DNA from: Azolla caroliniana
Lineage: Eukaryota > Plantae > Polypodiophyta
DNA: 64,000 bases
Reading direction: 5' to 3'
NCBI GenBank assembly: GCA_043228905.1
Contig: JBHGNT010000008.1
Coordinates: 15,748,001-15,812,000, forward strand
The notes beneath the pieces are model-generated. The model saw only the letters and a list, made by a program, of their open reading frames with translations, made no database searches and had not been told where the DNA came from. Positions 1-13,207 of the stretch are shown here, piece by piece (positions within the stretch are counted from its first letter, which is position 1; every line of letters starts with the position of its first letter). The position numbers and the translations under genes were made by a program.

Positions 1-226
1 TGGTAATAATATTGACTTCTGGTGTGTATTAATTTTAACAGTAAAACGTGAGCATATCAAAGAAACTACCATAAAACAACTAAATCTAGCATGAAGCCAT
101 AGATTTACTAGAGATCAGTTATTGTCTGACAGGAAATTGCATCTAAGAATTTCTTGCTCAATGAAATAATATAAGACTCTATGTTCTTTAGCATACAAGT
201 GGCAGGCATGTATTTTCTTGAAACAG

Positions 227-3200
227 GCAACGGAGCTGGTTCTGGAAGAGCTTTATATCTGGACATCAAAGCTCATTGGGGCCATCTGTTCGTGGACTTT
301 ATCTGTATGGTGGAGTTGGAACTGGAAAAACCATGCTGATGGACCTTTTTTATGAAGAGCTGTAAGGAAATAAGTAGACAATCTCTTTTAGTTTAGTTGG
401 GGTATGTACCCTTGTCGTCCACCTAATCCATTGCATGGCAGACCTGAAACATGGAGAAAAAGGAGGACACATTTTCATGATTTTATGCTGAATGTGCATA
501 GTCGCCTACAAGTAAGAGAATCCTTGTTCTTTCATCATCTTTCCATTTATCTCATTAAGTGAGGAAGTCACATATCTCTCTCTACAATATTTCAGAAACA
601 GAGGGTAATGGAAGATCCATTAGAAGTTGTAGCAGAGGAACTTGCGAAAGAATCTGTCCTACTATGCTTGGATGAGTTTATGGTATGTTTTCCTGGAGGT
701 AATTTATCAAAGTTGCTCTTGTAGGACATACGGTTCTGATCTATTTGCTAGGCTTGAAGTTATTAGCTACCCTGCATAATCACAAATGATTGGGTAAATA
801 TGATATTGAATAAGCGTGATAGTTTATAGTATATACCTTTTGTTATGAAGAAAATGTAAAGCTGGTCTAACCATTATTGAAAACGTCCCTAGCCTTCATA
901 GGCAAAAGTTTATTAATGAAGAATTCATATTTCTCTGAGGATACTTTTTTATCTACCTTCACTTGGCTCCTCTTGATTGTTTAATGCTTTGCATATTATG
1001 AAACAACACAAAGAAAGTCTTAGTGCCAAACTTTGATGTATTAAAAGCATGCAGGCAGCATCTTTTATGCATAGTGTTTTACTGAGGATTGCTGGAATAC
1101 CCTGAATACAACGAAGCCATATGTTTTAAGTTTATTTCCAAAGATATGCATATTGCCTTGTTGTGTCACAGGTAACAGATGTTGCAGACGCCCTCATCTT
1201 GAACAGATTATTTGGGTATTTGTTCAGGAAAGGCACTGTAAGGAATCTTCTTAGTTGATATTCAGTTAATGAAGAAAACATTTCAGCACATTAGAATGTT
1301 TTCTTGTATTTTCGTGGTTCAGGTTCTGGTTACAACTTCAAACAGGCCGCCTGATAAGTTGTATGAAGGTGGCCTTCAGAGAGACTTGTTTTTACCATTC
1401 ATTGCTTTGCTAAAGGTATAGGTCTAACCTTCTCTTACCGTGGAAAACATCTTCGTTTGTGAATAATACAAGTTATGAAACTCTTTCGCTCTTACTATTG
1501 TAGGAACGTTGTGTTGTACATGCCATTGGTTCTTCCATTGATTACAGAAAACTGAATGCGGTAAGTTCTTGCGTACGTGCATTATTCGGAGCTTATGTTT
1601 AACAATAAGGAGTCAATAAGTTCAAAGATTGATCGATCGTGTGTTTGTGGACTGTCCCATGGCTTTAGACTTAGGGAATACCTATGCATGGTACATGATG
1701 CGCTAGCTGGCCTAAGTCTATGTATAAACCACGGCCATTAATTGATTGGTCAATATCTGGCGTCATTGACTCCATTAGTTCACACATATGCTTATAATAA
1801 TGTGTCTTTTTAGTTAATGAATGCAAGAAGAATCCTCGAACCTTACCAATCTGACACTCGTATATGATGCTGATAGTTTGAAGAAGGTTTCTACTTTTTT
1901 GGGCAAGGATCTTCTCAGTTACTCAGGGATAAGTTCCAGTTGATAACTGATGGTAACCTTGCGAAGCCAACATCAGTAGAGGTTGTAATGGGGCGAAAGC
2001 TTCAGGTGGGTTTTCTGGAGACCAGACATCTAATTGTTGATATATATACGTACACAATCTATCACTAAGCATTTTATTATTGCACTCCTGTTGTCTTGGC
2101 CATTTTCAACTATGAAAGACTTTGATGAGCCACTTATCTTCTCTTTGTCATTTTAGGTTCCCTTTGCTGCAAATGGCTGTGCATACTTCCAATTTCATGA
2201 ACTATGCGAGATGCCTCTAGGTGCAGCAGATTATATTGGACTTTTCAGTAAGCACTAGACTCTTTATGATCATCTCCATCATATTTATGCAAAGAGTGTA
2301 GTCATTCATATTCCCTCTTGAATTGCATTTCACAAGATCAGTAATCAGCGTTGTTTACCCGGTCATTAGTCCTGGCCTAAGAGTAAAATTTTGTCTTGCT
2401 CTTTGTTTGTGAGGTTAATACATGCAGTTATGTCTATGCAGACAATTTCCATACTTTAGCACTAGAAGGTATACCTGTCTTTGGATCTCATAATCGGGTT
2501 GCAGCATATCGGTTTGTAACACTCATTGATGTAAGTTTTTTTTTCTTGAAATTTCTATAATGACATGTTACAGCAGCAATTTTACTTCTTGAATGTTCTA
2601 TAGCTTCTTATTTGAAACTTCTTTTCAGGTTTGTTTACACCGTTTCTATGTTTATGCGTGCTAAATTTGTCAATATAAGAATTGAGCATAGCATGCATAT
2701 AGTTATTGTTAGACGAATCCAAAAACCCATAGGGAACCCTATCTTTTTTTTACAAAGAAATGAACGCATGTGCAGTTTCTTAGTGATGTGGATGTCCTGA
2801 TTTATAATTGCCAGGTAATGTATGAGAACAAGGGAAGGTTACTTTGCTCTGCAGAGGCTGAGCCTATAGTTCTTTTTGAACGTTGTGTCACTGTTGCGGA
2901 TGCACCCAAGCTCAACTTTGATTCGAGAGCAAGGCGTCATGATGATGCAGATCTTTGTGTTGACAATGAACTTGGTTTTGCCAAAGAAAGGACCATTAGC
3001 AGGTGTGATGTGGTTTGCATTGTTTTATAAATATATGCCTTCTGCAGTTTAATTTCCACAAGTTTGGCAAAATGCTATAATAATGGAAGTACAAAATAAG
3101 TATGGCTCATATCCTCAAAGAAACACCATAGAGAACTACATGTCAACTATACAGCAACATGCATACGAAAGATTACCATGTTTAAAACTATTTTAGATTT

Positions 3201-3388
3201 AACATTAGAGATGTTCAAACTTCATCCTTAAAATCATGAAACTTCCCGATGCTGTTTATGTCTGTGTGTTATGCATATTAAACTTACTGAAACCAAATGA
3301 AATGTGATCTTTTTGCAGGTTAACAGAAATGAACAGTCAACCTTATCTTGAGGGACATGCAATCGCAGTTCTTCAAAGATACGCGTAA
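227..3388 (+). CDS. AFG1-like (LACE1/ZapE family) AAA+ ATPase, spliced, 5' exons lie upstream of the window
   Basis: GT-AG exons read by eye (approx. 227-361, 442-511, 596-682, 1172-1237, 1323-1416, 1504-1560, 1877-2005, 2157-2247, 2442-2530, 2815-3003, 3319-3388). They give Walker [28 protein letters not shown], Walker [45 protein letters not shown] and [13 protein letters not shown]. Stop TAA at 3386-3388. Confidence 0.92.
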
Positions 3389-6300
3389 AAAGGAACGGGT
3401 ATTAAGAACACTTACTTTGATGGAAATGGTTTGTATTGAATGCCCTTGATAATTAAAATCAAAACTCATTTATAAAAGACTTAAGAATAAGCAGCAGAAT
3501 GGATGCAATACGTGTTATATGTAACATATGCTGTCTTGGGGTATGGCCACATTCTTAGGGACATGCATTTCTTTCATATATAATGTCTAGATATGGGTTC
3601 ATCTTCGTACAAGGCTCTTTAAAATCTTTGTGAGCTGATAATTAAATATCAGTTGGTGGGTGGGCTAACTGAAACAAGTTGTCTGGTGCAGGAATTTAAA
3701 GATGTAGGGAAGACATTGAACATAACATAAAGCTTTTAACAATTTCTGGCCAGAATTATTCCGTTGCTGGGTTGGTTACATTGTAATGTTAAATAAACCC
3801 CCATTATTATATATCAATTAAATCATGTATTAAAAAAATGAATCAATTTGGGTTGGAAATTACCCTTTATTGTATATCAACAATATCATCGAACTCCTTC
3901 CTTTGAACTAGTTATTGTATTTATATCTTAGTGTGGTTTATCAATCTCTACATTGTAAGAAGTATAGGCGAGCCTCAAGCCTAAGTCTTCTATAACCATA
4001 GTGACACTAGAGTTGTTGTCCGTTAAAGAACGACAAAAATAATGCCAAGTGATACTTAACTACAAAGATATTAAACTATGAACAAAATGATAATTCTTCT
4101 CTTTCAACTCAATTGTGTTTTAAAAGTGGGAAATAATATTCTTGGTTAATTTGGCATTAACATATGCACTAAGCATATATTTCGGGAGATACAAAATACT
4201 AATCGTAGTCATTATGCAAAACTATTTGAATAATCCAGGCAAAATATTATTGCTAAATGTTTGATCACTATCACAAGGTAAATAATTCCTCGATGGGTTC
4301 TATCATGCAATGTCAAGCACAATCCAGTATAGAACTCGTGACCATGATAGGTTTGTCACTAAACTATGATAGTTTTTTTCTTTTTATTTCACTCATTGAA
4401 CATAAAATAGTCCTTTGACAAGTTTTATTGTGCAATAGAACTAGGTTTAGAGGCAACATGCAACAAAAAAGAATATTTTGGTGCTTAATGTGCTTCTTGA
4501 TCACATTTATTCCAAATCTTAGTTGATAAATATGGAGTATACTTTAACTTAGAAGTTGAAATTTTAATATCAAAAGCTCTCAACATGCCCCAAATTGGGT
4601 TTAGTTAGAAACTATGTCACAAAATATGGGAAAGTTTACCCTTGATGTTTACTAGTAGAAATTTTGGTTTCTACTAGATGGTTAGGTCCAATTCGATTTA
4701 ACTTCATGTATCTCACCAAAGATATACAACATTATCACCACATTAGCAAGTTATACTCATAGACCTATACAATTAATTCTTATGCTAGAACACCACAAAT
4801 TGACAAGAGCATGGTAAAGTCATATCGATAGAGTTTAATGTGGTGGCAACTTTTGGCAATTAAAGGCAAACCATCTTGCATGTATTCCAAGTAGATAGCA
4901 AGGCAAGATGTTGGGATGGGTTAGGAGGAGATATTCTCATTGGAACTAGATGAATTCATAGAGACAAGTTATCAATATATTATACATTCCACTCACAAGC
5001 TATGCAATCAACCAAAATTTGCAAACTACTAGATAGATTCAAGGAAACCTGTAACAAAGTGTCATATCAATGGATTTTTGAAGGTTCGGACGAAGTAAAG
5101 GAAGGCAAGTCTGTGAAAGCACTCAAAGAACAGAAAGCCTTGAGGAGTCTCAATCAAATATTGAAGTTTGGAAATATTGGAGGAGAACAAATTCATCAAA
5201 ATACACGCATTTATAAAATATAAATGTTTTCCCCTCTCATTAACTCAAGACTAAATATTGTTTGCTTATGATCTAAATCTACAATGGAATAAGTTAAGGT
5301 AAATTTCAAGAATGATAGAAAGAAACTTGTATAGGTGTTCTTTAAATGTAAAAGTGAAAATTTGAGTAAAGATGGCTTCAAAAGCATCATGAAATGGTGA
5401 CATGTCATTGCTTCAAACTTTTAAAGGCGAGTGGGAGAAAGTGTCCTTGAGCTAGTGGGTTGTTGTATATGGCGACACTTCCAAGAGATTAGCCGAATGT
5501 TGAAAGAATAATAGAAAAGAAATTAAAAAAGCTCATGATATTTTTGCGAAACCCTATGGAAAGACAATATATTTCTCACACAACTTGGTGCTTCATAATT
5601 GGGAGCATGCATATTGTACACATGCATCATGGAATCTTGGAAAGATCAAATGTTGGGAGGAAAGAGAATGTAGTTATTTGGGGGGCAATAAATCAGAATG
5701 GAAGAGCAACAAAGATAGCATCTACATAGATTTGTTATTTTAGGAAGATTCCTAATGTGTTGACCACAGATGGAGTAGGGAAATAATGAAAGACATTTTC
5801 TTTGCGTTAACAACCGTCCCACACTAAAATTGGTGCTTACTTTCTAGGGTAAAGTTTTTCTACCTTCGCCACTAGACGACGATTTGTATTTAAGAATGGT
5901 CATTGTTGTGCAACATGAATGGATTTTTTGGGATTGCGAGACATTTCTAAGGGTTTGTATGCCATTCCATCGATGGAGTCTGAATCGAACCATTAACATG
6001 AGATATAAGCAACATCGGGGCATGGTCTGTAATGAGGCGATCCCTTAAGAAGGTGAGACTTAATTAGGCAACCTCCCCTCCTCCCCCATAACCTGGAGCA
6101 TGGAGACGGGAAGTGTTTTCTGGTAAATGCAAGCGAGGAGCACGGGTATAACACAGGTTGCATGTACTTGAAACGAGATTTCTTGCAAGTAGTTTTGTAG
6201 CGGGCAGAAAACGAGACGGACAAACATTTGAGCGACGGACAATGCTGTCAGAACCGGATAGGAACCCATGACAGGGAGACAATAGTCTGTCTCACACACA

Positions 6301-6538
6301 CACAGACACACAAACTTACTACAACATAGATACAAATAGAGAGTGGACATATGGACGGAAAATTCATATTGACAGACAGACAGTCCAACGAGCATATGTA
6401 TATGCATGCGCATGCACGTGCGCACGACTCCTACAACATAGATACACAGATAAGAGATTCGACAGATGGACAGGAAACTCGTATGACAAGACAGACAGAC
6501 CGACCGACAAAGCATATATGTATGTATACATATGCATA

Positions 6539-6595
6539 GAGAGAGAGAGAGAGAGAGATGGTGAAGGAAGGAAGGAAGCATGTGAAAGACCCCCT

Positions 6596-6630
<35 letters not shown>
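6539..6630. repeat. (AG)n and (CT)n microsatellites in inverted arrangement
   Basis: (AG)n at about 6539-6558 and (CT)n at about 6600-6630. Confidence 0.9.
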
Positions 6631-6631
<1 letters not shown>

Positions 6632-6676
6632 AACAAGATCAATGAATGAAGGAAAAGCAAAAAGCAATTGTCAAAC

Positions 6677-6778
6677 TACATACATACATACATACATACA
6701 TACATACATACATAACATACATACATACATACATACATAACATACATACATAACATACATACATACATACATACATAC
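6677..6778. repeat. (TACA)n microsatellite
   Basis: About 100 bp of near-perfect TACA repeats; source of the MYVC-type spurious ORFs. Confidence 0.95.
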
Positions 6779-7319
6779 TCTGTTTCCTTGTTTTGTTTAT
6801 TTCTGCCTTTTGGTTCAAACCCAAAACCGCCCACAACAAAGCCATGAGGCAGAGAGGAGGTTTTGTGTGAGATCTCTCTCTCTCTCTCTCTGTCTGTGTC
6901 TGTAGAATCAAAATAGAAAACATACAGAAGCTCCAATATTAACCCTAATCCTCAGAGAAAGAAAAAGAGAAGGAGGAGCTGGAGCCTGAATGGGAACAGA
7001 AAGCGCTGTAGGAATCAAGAACAAAGACAAACCAACGCAAAGAAAATGGAAAACGCACACGCATTGAAAACCTGCGAAAGTTAATTCTCTTACAGACCAT
7101 GGTTCTGTGGTTGGGCTCTTCTTCTTCTTCTTCTTCTTCTTTTACATCTCTTCTTGGATCTCAGGGTCCCTCTCTGTCTGTCTTTCTGTGAAGCTCCATA
7201 CATTGAAGTTATATTGAAGAAGATCCGTATTCTCCTAGTATAGTGATTGAGATTGAAGAAGAAGAAGAAGAAGAAGAAGAAGAAGAAGAGAGATAGGGGT
7301 CCGGATTAATATCCATCAA

Positions 7320-9153
7320 ATGGGTGGATGGCTTTGTTGCTTGCCTCGTCGAGACGAATTTGATTCGAGTGAGGATCGATGCAGAGCTCACTGCTTCCGC
7401 TCGTGCTGTGGCATGGTATATACTATATACACACACACCTTTGTTTTTATTTATTTATCATACTGTCTTTTCTTGCCCCTCATGTTTCTCTGAACAGTTA
7501 TATATGATATCCATATGAGACATTGCATGGATCATTCAGCCTCCTCTTTCTCAATTTTCTGTTTTTGCGCAATTTATATACATAATTGATTGATCGTCCT
7601 TTTCTATCTCTGTTCCCATATGGATGTGTGTGTTTGTTGTTTTTGTTGATATGTGTGATGAATATTGGTCATATTTATGGCCTGGAAAGCATTGGATGCA
7701 TGCTATTCGTGGGCTGTATAGAAGGTATTTGTTTATAGCAAGATTATCCATATGGTATCAGCACAAAAATTTATTTCACAGAGAATGCTATTTGTGGTTC
7801 TAATGAACTGGGCTCTCATTCTACACACACATGGTTGATAAGCTGAACTAGGAAGTGTTTTAATGCAGAAGAGAAGTCTTTTCTAGTAGTACCATAATCT
7901 TGAGAGCTGTGCCGCAGACAATGGATACAGTTTCTGTAAAAAATAGAATTAGGGCTAATAATGAGTGCATAGTTATATATACATATTTCATGTTACAAAC
8001 CAACTATGTTTATTACCAATGGAATGTCTCTGAACTGAAGGCTGCTGAGTTTTGTTATTCTATGTGTGATCTCTTTCTTCTTAATATCAATAGAAATGTT
8101 TGTAACTTTTTTTATGCAGTATGAAGCTCTGGTTCAACCATCGGAGGAGCATGAGAATCAAACCACTCCAACACATAATCTATCGCTCTCAGCTAATTCA
8201 GGGCTCATTGAAGGAACGACTTCTGGAAGCTCAAATGGATCGATTGACTGTAAATGCATCAATAAACAGCATTGCCCACTAGAGAAAGATGCACCTAGTG
8301 TGGTGCTGTACACCCTGGAAAACAGCAAAAATACTATGGGAGGTAGAGAGGTTGGAGGTCTTGCCATTGGCCACACTAAGGCCACAGCCAATTTTAGTGG
8401 AGATGAAAAGAAGGCTACAGTGGAGAATGACTTTTGCAGGGTTCAATTGTTGAACGGGAATAGCCAAGTGGAATCTCTAGCATCATTAGTTGATGATGAC
8501 GATATTTGCCCAATTTGCCTTGAAGGTAAGTAAATCACAAATTGTCATTTCAATGATTCAATGTGAACCAGTAGCCAAATGTCTAGTTTTAATGAGTTTG
8601 GAAACATTGGCTATGTTTATAACCAAAGTTTTAGAGAATTTTATCCAATTTTACGGTAAAGAATATTTGCCAAAATAAGCTAAATCCTGTGAAGATTGGA
8701 ATGGTTACTCCAATAAATCTGCACTATTAAGGGTTTCATAACCTTAAATTTGCGCAGTCATTTATTTAGTTCATGAGATTCCCGTTTTTTAACTGTTGTG
8801 TGAGTACACCTTTAGTTGTACTGAGGAGGGTGAGGTTATAGAATGAGATTGTGAATGTATTCAAGTTTAATTGATCTGATTTGAATATGGAAGCATCCTA
8901 AAATATCTGTTTCCATTGTGTATGAAATTTCCAGGTTATGATTGTGAAAACCCAAAGCTCACCACCAAGTGTGGCCATTGTTTTCATCTTGCATGCGTTC
9001 TAGAATGGATGGAAAGAAGCAGTCATTGTGCAATATGTTACAAGGTATCAATACGTTCATTCTATTTCAAACGAACATAGTATGAGATTGTTTCCATGGA
9101 ATATTTACAATATCTTGTTTGATCAGGAGACAGAGTTTGACGAGAGGATTTAA
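7320..9153 (+). CDS. RING-H2 zinc-finger E3 ubiquitin ligase with MGxxxCC N-terminus (probable acylation motif)
   Basis: Exons 7320-7415 (MGGWLCCLPRR...), 8120-8525 (...DDDDICPICLE), 8935-9044 (GYDCENPKLTTKCGHCFHLACVLEWMERSSHCAICYK) and 9127-9153 (ETEFDERI*). Splice phases are consistent and the C3H2C3 pattern is intact. Confidence 0.88.
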
Positions 9154-10931
9154 AAAGAAGCATCGATGGTATTCTGTTATTGTCATCACAATGCAACAGT
9201 ATATCCATCGAAGGTATTTTATTTTCAAAGTGTAGAAGTTGTTTTCTTTTTTCTGCAGTTGGGTCATTGTAGATAAGTGAAGAGGTAAGACCCAATCTTC
9301 ATTGTATATATATAGTTCACCAGCATATTGTGTGGCTAAAAAGAGATTCATTTTCAGCCTTTCAAAATGGGAGGCTGAGCTACAAAGAGCAATAATATAA
9401 TCTGTCTTTCAAGTCAGAAGTTTCTGTGCCATTTCTTTCGCCGGGTAATCAGTAATGATGTGGCTCTTTATTGTGTACTCATACAAGAAATATCCATGTC
9501 CCTATTGTCTGTGTACATATTATTATATAAAATTGATCAATGTTGTAAAATTATGGTTGTTTGTGGATGTTTATGCATCATGATACCGATGTTTATTTGT
9601 GCAAGCATAGTCCTACATGATTCACACTTCACTAAGTTGATCTGGTGTCCATTTTGGAATGATCCCTGTAAGCCAGATCTCTTTGGTATGGCTTTATAAT
9701 ATCAAGGAGATCATGGATAAATGAACTTTTGATGTGTTGATTGCAAGGTTTCTTGTATAATTTTCATGCTCCATGCTCTGGAACATTTCTTATGAGTACT
9801 TGGAGTAGATACCTCAGATGTATGTTGTCTTAAATAGATGTAACAGAATTTTGCATAAATATGTGAGGTTTCTTTGGTTTTGCCATAATTGAGTCGTTCA
9901 ACATGATGTTACTTGTAACAATCTGTGCATATATTCTTTGTTTGCTAAGCAGTTGTGCAATGGGTCTCCTGAAAATAAGAATGGAAAGAGCCAGTATGTT
10001 GAGTTGAAATGACCACTGGATTGGATACAATCAATGGGATGGGATTGAGTCTGGCAAGGATCAAGCTTGGGTGAGCCATGACCCAACAGCTAGTGAGATA
10101 TTTCGTGTTTATGGGAGTCAGAATACGATGAAACTTGAGTTATTTCGATTGGTTATGTATCTTAGGGTGTTTTCCCATCCATTTCCTACCACAATCTTAC
10201 CTCATCATAGACGGTTGTAGAGTAAACATTTCTTGACTCTTTGCGATGAGGCATAGGTGATTTTGGTGCTTACAACGGACACACGAATTTCAAGGTCTGC
10301 GACGGATATGCATTACACCGGTAGAAGTATCTAACAGTCTTGCGATGTTTTCTATTTTGTTTTATCGGATACTCTTTCCAGATTCTGTTTTTTTATTTGA
10401 CCAATTCATAATCCTTTTGAGATCCTAAACCCTAGACCTAAAGTCTGAAAGCCACCTAAGGTTTAGAAAATGCCAAGATTGGCGATTTGGTTGTAAGAGG
10501 AGAACATCAAGGAAAATGCATCTCTGCTTTATAATTCCCAACATGCCAATTTAGTATCCTATAATTCCTGCAACCCCAAAAAGGGCAAATGATTGAAATG
10601 CCGCATTAGTTTACATAAATTGGAACACTAATTACTTCAGGGTCTTAAATGAATTATCAAAGTTAATTCAATGTAATTAGTGGCAAATGTAATCGTCATT
10701 AGATTTATGGTAAATACTCATTTGTTTTGCAAATTGTATCCAATTTTATTGAAAGTTAAGTAGTTTAATGAGCATTACTTCAATGAAGTACGAAGTAGCA
10801 TTTTGGGAACTTTGAGAAAAATGTTGAAGTAGAGAACGGCTTGACATTTTGCCCTAGGATTGTCGCCATAAACATGAAAAATACAAAATGTCTAGGCTTT
10901 TGTATGGCACAACACGAAATAACCACGCTTA

Positions 10932-11079
10932 TAGTAGGGTGGATGAGGCCCTACACATTTTTAATTGGTTTTATTGTAATGCATCATATGAATTGTTTGG
11001 GATCGTAGTAGGGTGGATGAGGCCCTACACATTTTTAATTGGTTTTATTGTAATGCATCATATGAATTGTTTGGGATCG
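10932..11079. repeat. Perfect 74-bp tandem duplication
   Basis: TAGTAGGGTGGATGAGG...TTTGGGATCG at 10932-11005 and again at 11006-11079. Confidence 0.9.
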
Positions 11080-11438
11080 GAGGTTATGTGTCTTGTGTTG
11101 ATACTTGTTGTGGTATCTAGGAGCTATAATGAGAATTGGGTGTGTGTCTAATCATATATATGTATCACAATATACGCAACATTGAGTTGTTATAAAATCT
11201 TGTGATCTTAAAGCGTGGATACTACAGAAAAAGATGCTTATATGTGCGCCCAAGGATCACAGAAGGATGCTTGCTTGGTTTTAAAACTTCATCAAGTTGA
11301 TATTCTCAATGAATATGAGCATTATGTAGGTACTGATCATCAAAGTAACAAGAGTTAAGAAATGTGTTTGAGTAGAAAAAGGCTCTTTGTTTAGAAACTA
11401 TGTTTAATTTAATAGAAAAGGGGGTCTCTCATCATCAG

Positions 11439-11523
11439 GGGGTGGTGGCGCAGTTGGCTAGCGCGTAGGTCTCATAGCTCCTGAGGTATCCTGAGGTCGA
11501 GAGTTCGAGCCTCTCTCACCCCA
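11439..11523 (+). tRNA. tRNA-Met(CAT), elongator, with 11-nt intron (11477-11487)
   Basis: GGGGTGGTGGCGCAGTTGGCTAGCGCGTAGGTCTCATA-[GCTCCTGAGGT]-ATCCTGAGGTCGAGAGTTCGAGCCTCTCTCACCCCA. The cloverleaf is intact and the intron is at the canonical 37/38 position, as in plant elongator tRNA-Met genes. Confidence 0.95.
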
Positions 11524-12415
11524 CTTGATTTAAAAGCCCTTCACAAATTTTTGTTATAGCTATCTACTTATAAGACTCCAATATAATGTAAGACTAGTGT
11601 AGCAGTAGTTTTCATGGTTCATGCTGATGCTAGTTACATGTATCATATCCCAAATGGAGGAAGAGGAATTCTAGATGGTTCTTCCCGTTATATAAATACA
11701 AGGCAAGCGAGTACTCTATTGGTAGGAGAAATTACCCGATGAGCGATGAGCGTACCCTTATAGATGTGTGCTTTTTTAATGAGAATTGCACTGAGGAAAT
11801 ATATAAGTAACAACCTCTACTTCCATCTTGAAGACTCTCAATGCATGTCTCGTGCCCCCGCACTATTTTGCTTTGTTTGCATCTCAAAAGGTCTCGGGGA
11901 AAAAAAGGCATTGTGCTTGTTTTCTGAACTTCATTAGCAACAAATGTTCCGTTGTTACTTTCAAAAACCCCACAAACTTCTCCTTCACAATGTTGTAAAG
12001 AAAATAATTTTCAACGAGAGTATTTACCACCCAAATCAAGAATCTACATAATCAAATAGCTATACTCTCCATGAAAATGTCTAAGAAAGAACTTGTACTG
12101 CGAAGTTTATTCAAACATATATAACACTGTGAAAGCTACCAAGAGTTTTAGTATGAGATGGTATTAGTGTGAAATAAACCAATCTTAGTAGAGGTGGACC
12201 AAGGATATTCCCTCGATGGATAGATAGCCTTTATTTGGATTCTTGTGGTAGCGCATAATGGTTCCTATAGAAATGAAAAAATACACACACTCGTCAATTA
12301 CATAAGAAAGCATTTACTAGAAGATATTTTGCTTGCTACTTAATTTATGAACATGTATATAAAATGTGATGTGGTGAATGAACTTAATTCTCAAACTATT
12401 AAGAAAGTTATGGTA

Positions 12416-12474
12416 CCCTTGCCCAATTCCATTAAAAGCTTTGGCAATCATGCAAGAAAGAACGAAGACAAGCG
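12416..12474. repeat. 59-bp flanking direct repeat of the Copia element (other copy at 17995-18053)
   Basis: CCCTTGCCCAATTCC...GAAGACAAGCG directly abuts both LTR ends and is identical on both sides. Confidence 0.95.
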
Positions 12475-12525
12475 TGTTGGGATTACGGTCCCTCCGGATG
12501 GGATAGTCAGATGTCCGGGAATCGG

Positions 12526-12693
12526 GATGAAGACCCAGTTACGGAACCGGATGATGAAGACCCCGGTTACGGAACCGGATGATGAAGACCCGGTTACGGA
12601 ACCGGATGATGAAGACCCGACTACGGAGCCGGATGACGAAGACCCGGCTACGGAGCCGGATGATGAAGACCCGGCTACGGAGCCGGATGACGA
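12526..12693 (+). repeat. About 6 x 27-bp tandem array inside the Copia LTR (second copy at about 17343-17510)
   Basis: Unit GATGAAGACCCGGYTACGGARCCGGAT. Confidence 0.92.
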
Positions 12694-13207
12694 ATGTACC
12701 CGGAGAGAGATCCGGATGCGGGGACATATTTGTGAATATGTTTGCCAAGGGCCCTTTGAGGCTATATTTGTAAATAGCCCGAAAGTCATATGCGTATAAA
12801 TATGACTTAGGGCAAACAGTTTGTGTCGCTACTCATTTTTCTGTTTTTCAACTCAAGAGGAGTGAAGAGAGAGCAGCCGAGAGAGAGATAGAGCGTGAGG
12901 GAGGAAGAGGTCGACGCCTCTGTGTAATACCGCCGCCTGTGGCGAGGATAGCGAGCTCAAGGTCGTCGCCTTGCAGCTCGCCATTGTATACTTCTCTGTG
13001 CATAGTTTTGGTTTGGAGTCTGGCACTCCCGTGGTTTTTCCCGTATAGGGTTTTCCACGTTAATCCCTGTGTTATCGTGTCTTTCTCTGTATTTCCCATT
13101 CTCTGTAACAACGATTCGTGTGTTTCCTCGGTTGTGGCCGAGTGGTGAAGGTGAATCGGAGCGTCGATTCTACAACAAAGTGGTATCAGAGCGAGTTGCT
13201 GCAGAAA

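Noticed and set aside
4600-5760. Possible decayed DNA-transposon transposase (also about 22200-22700 and 61900-63600)
   Set aside because: Only faint coding-like texture; no motif, TIR or TSD could be established by eye.
6351-6936. ORFs rich in MYVC, ERER and SLSL
   Set aside because: Microsatellite translations; the same applies to 20470-20778 and 49633-50094.
11439-11523. Idea that this tRNA-Met gene is the primer source for the adjacent Copia
   Set aside because: It is the elongator type ending CACCCCA, whereas the PBS TGGTATCAGAGC matches initiator tRNA-Met.
12347-12799. PVTEPDDED-repeat ORFs (also 17236-17616 and antisense SSSSG ORFs)
   Set aside because: They are translations of the 27-bp LTR tandem array and cross the LTR boundary; not genes.
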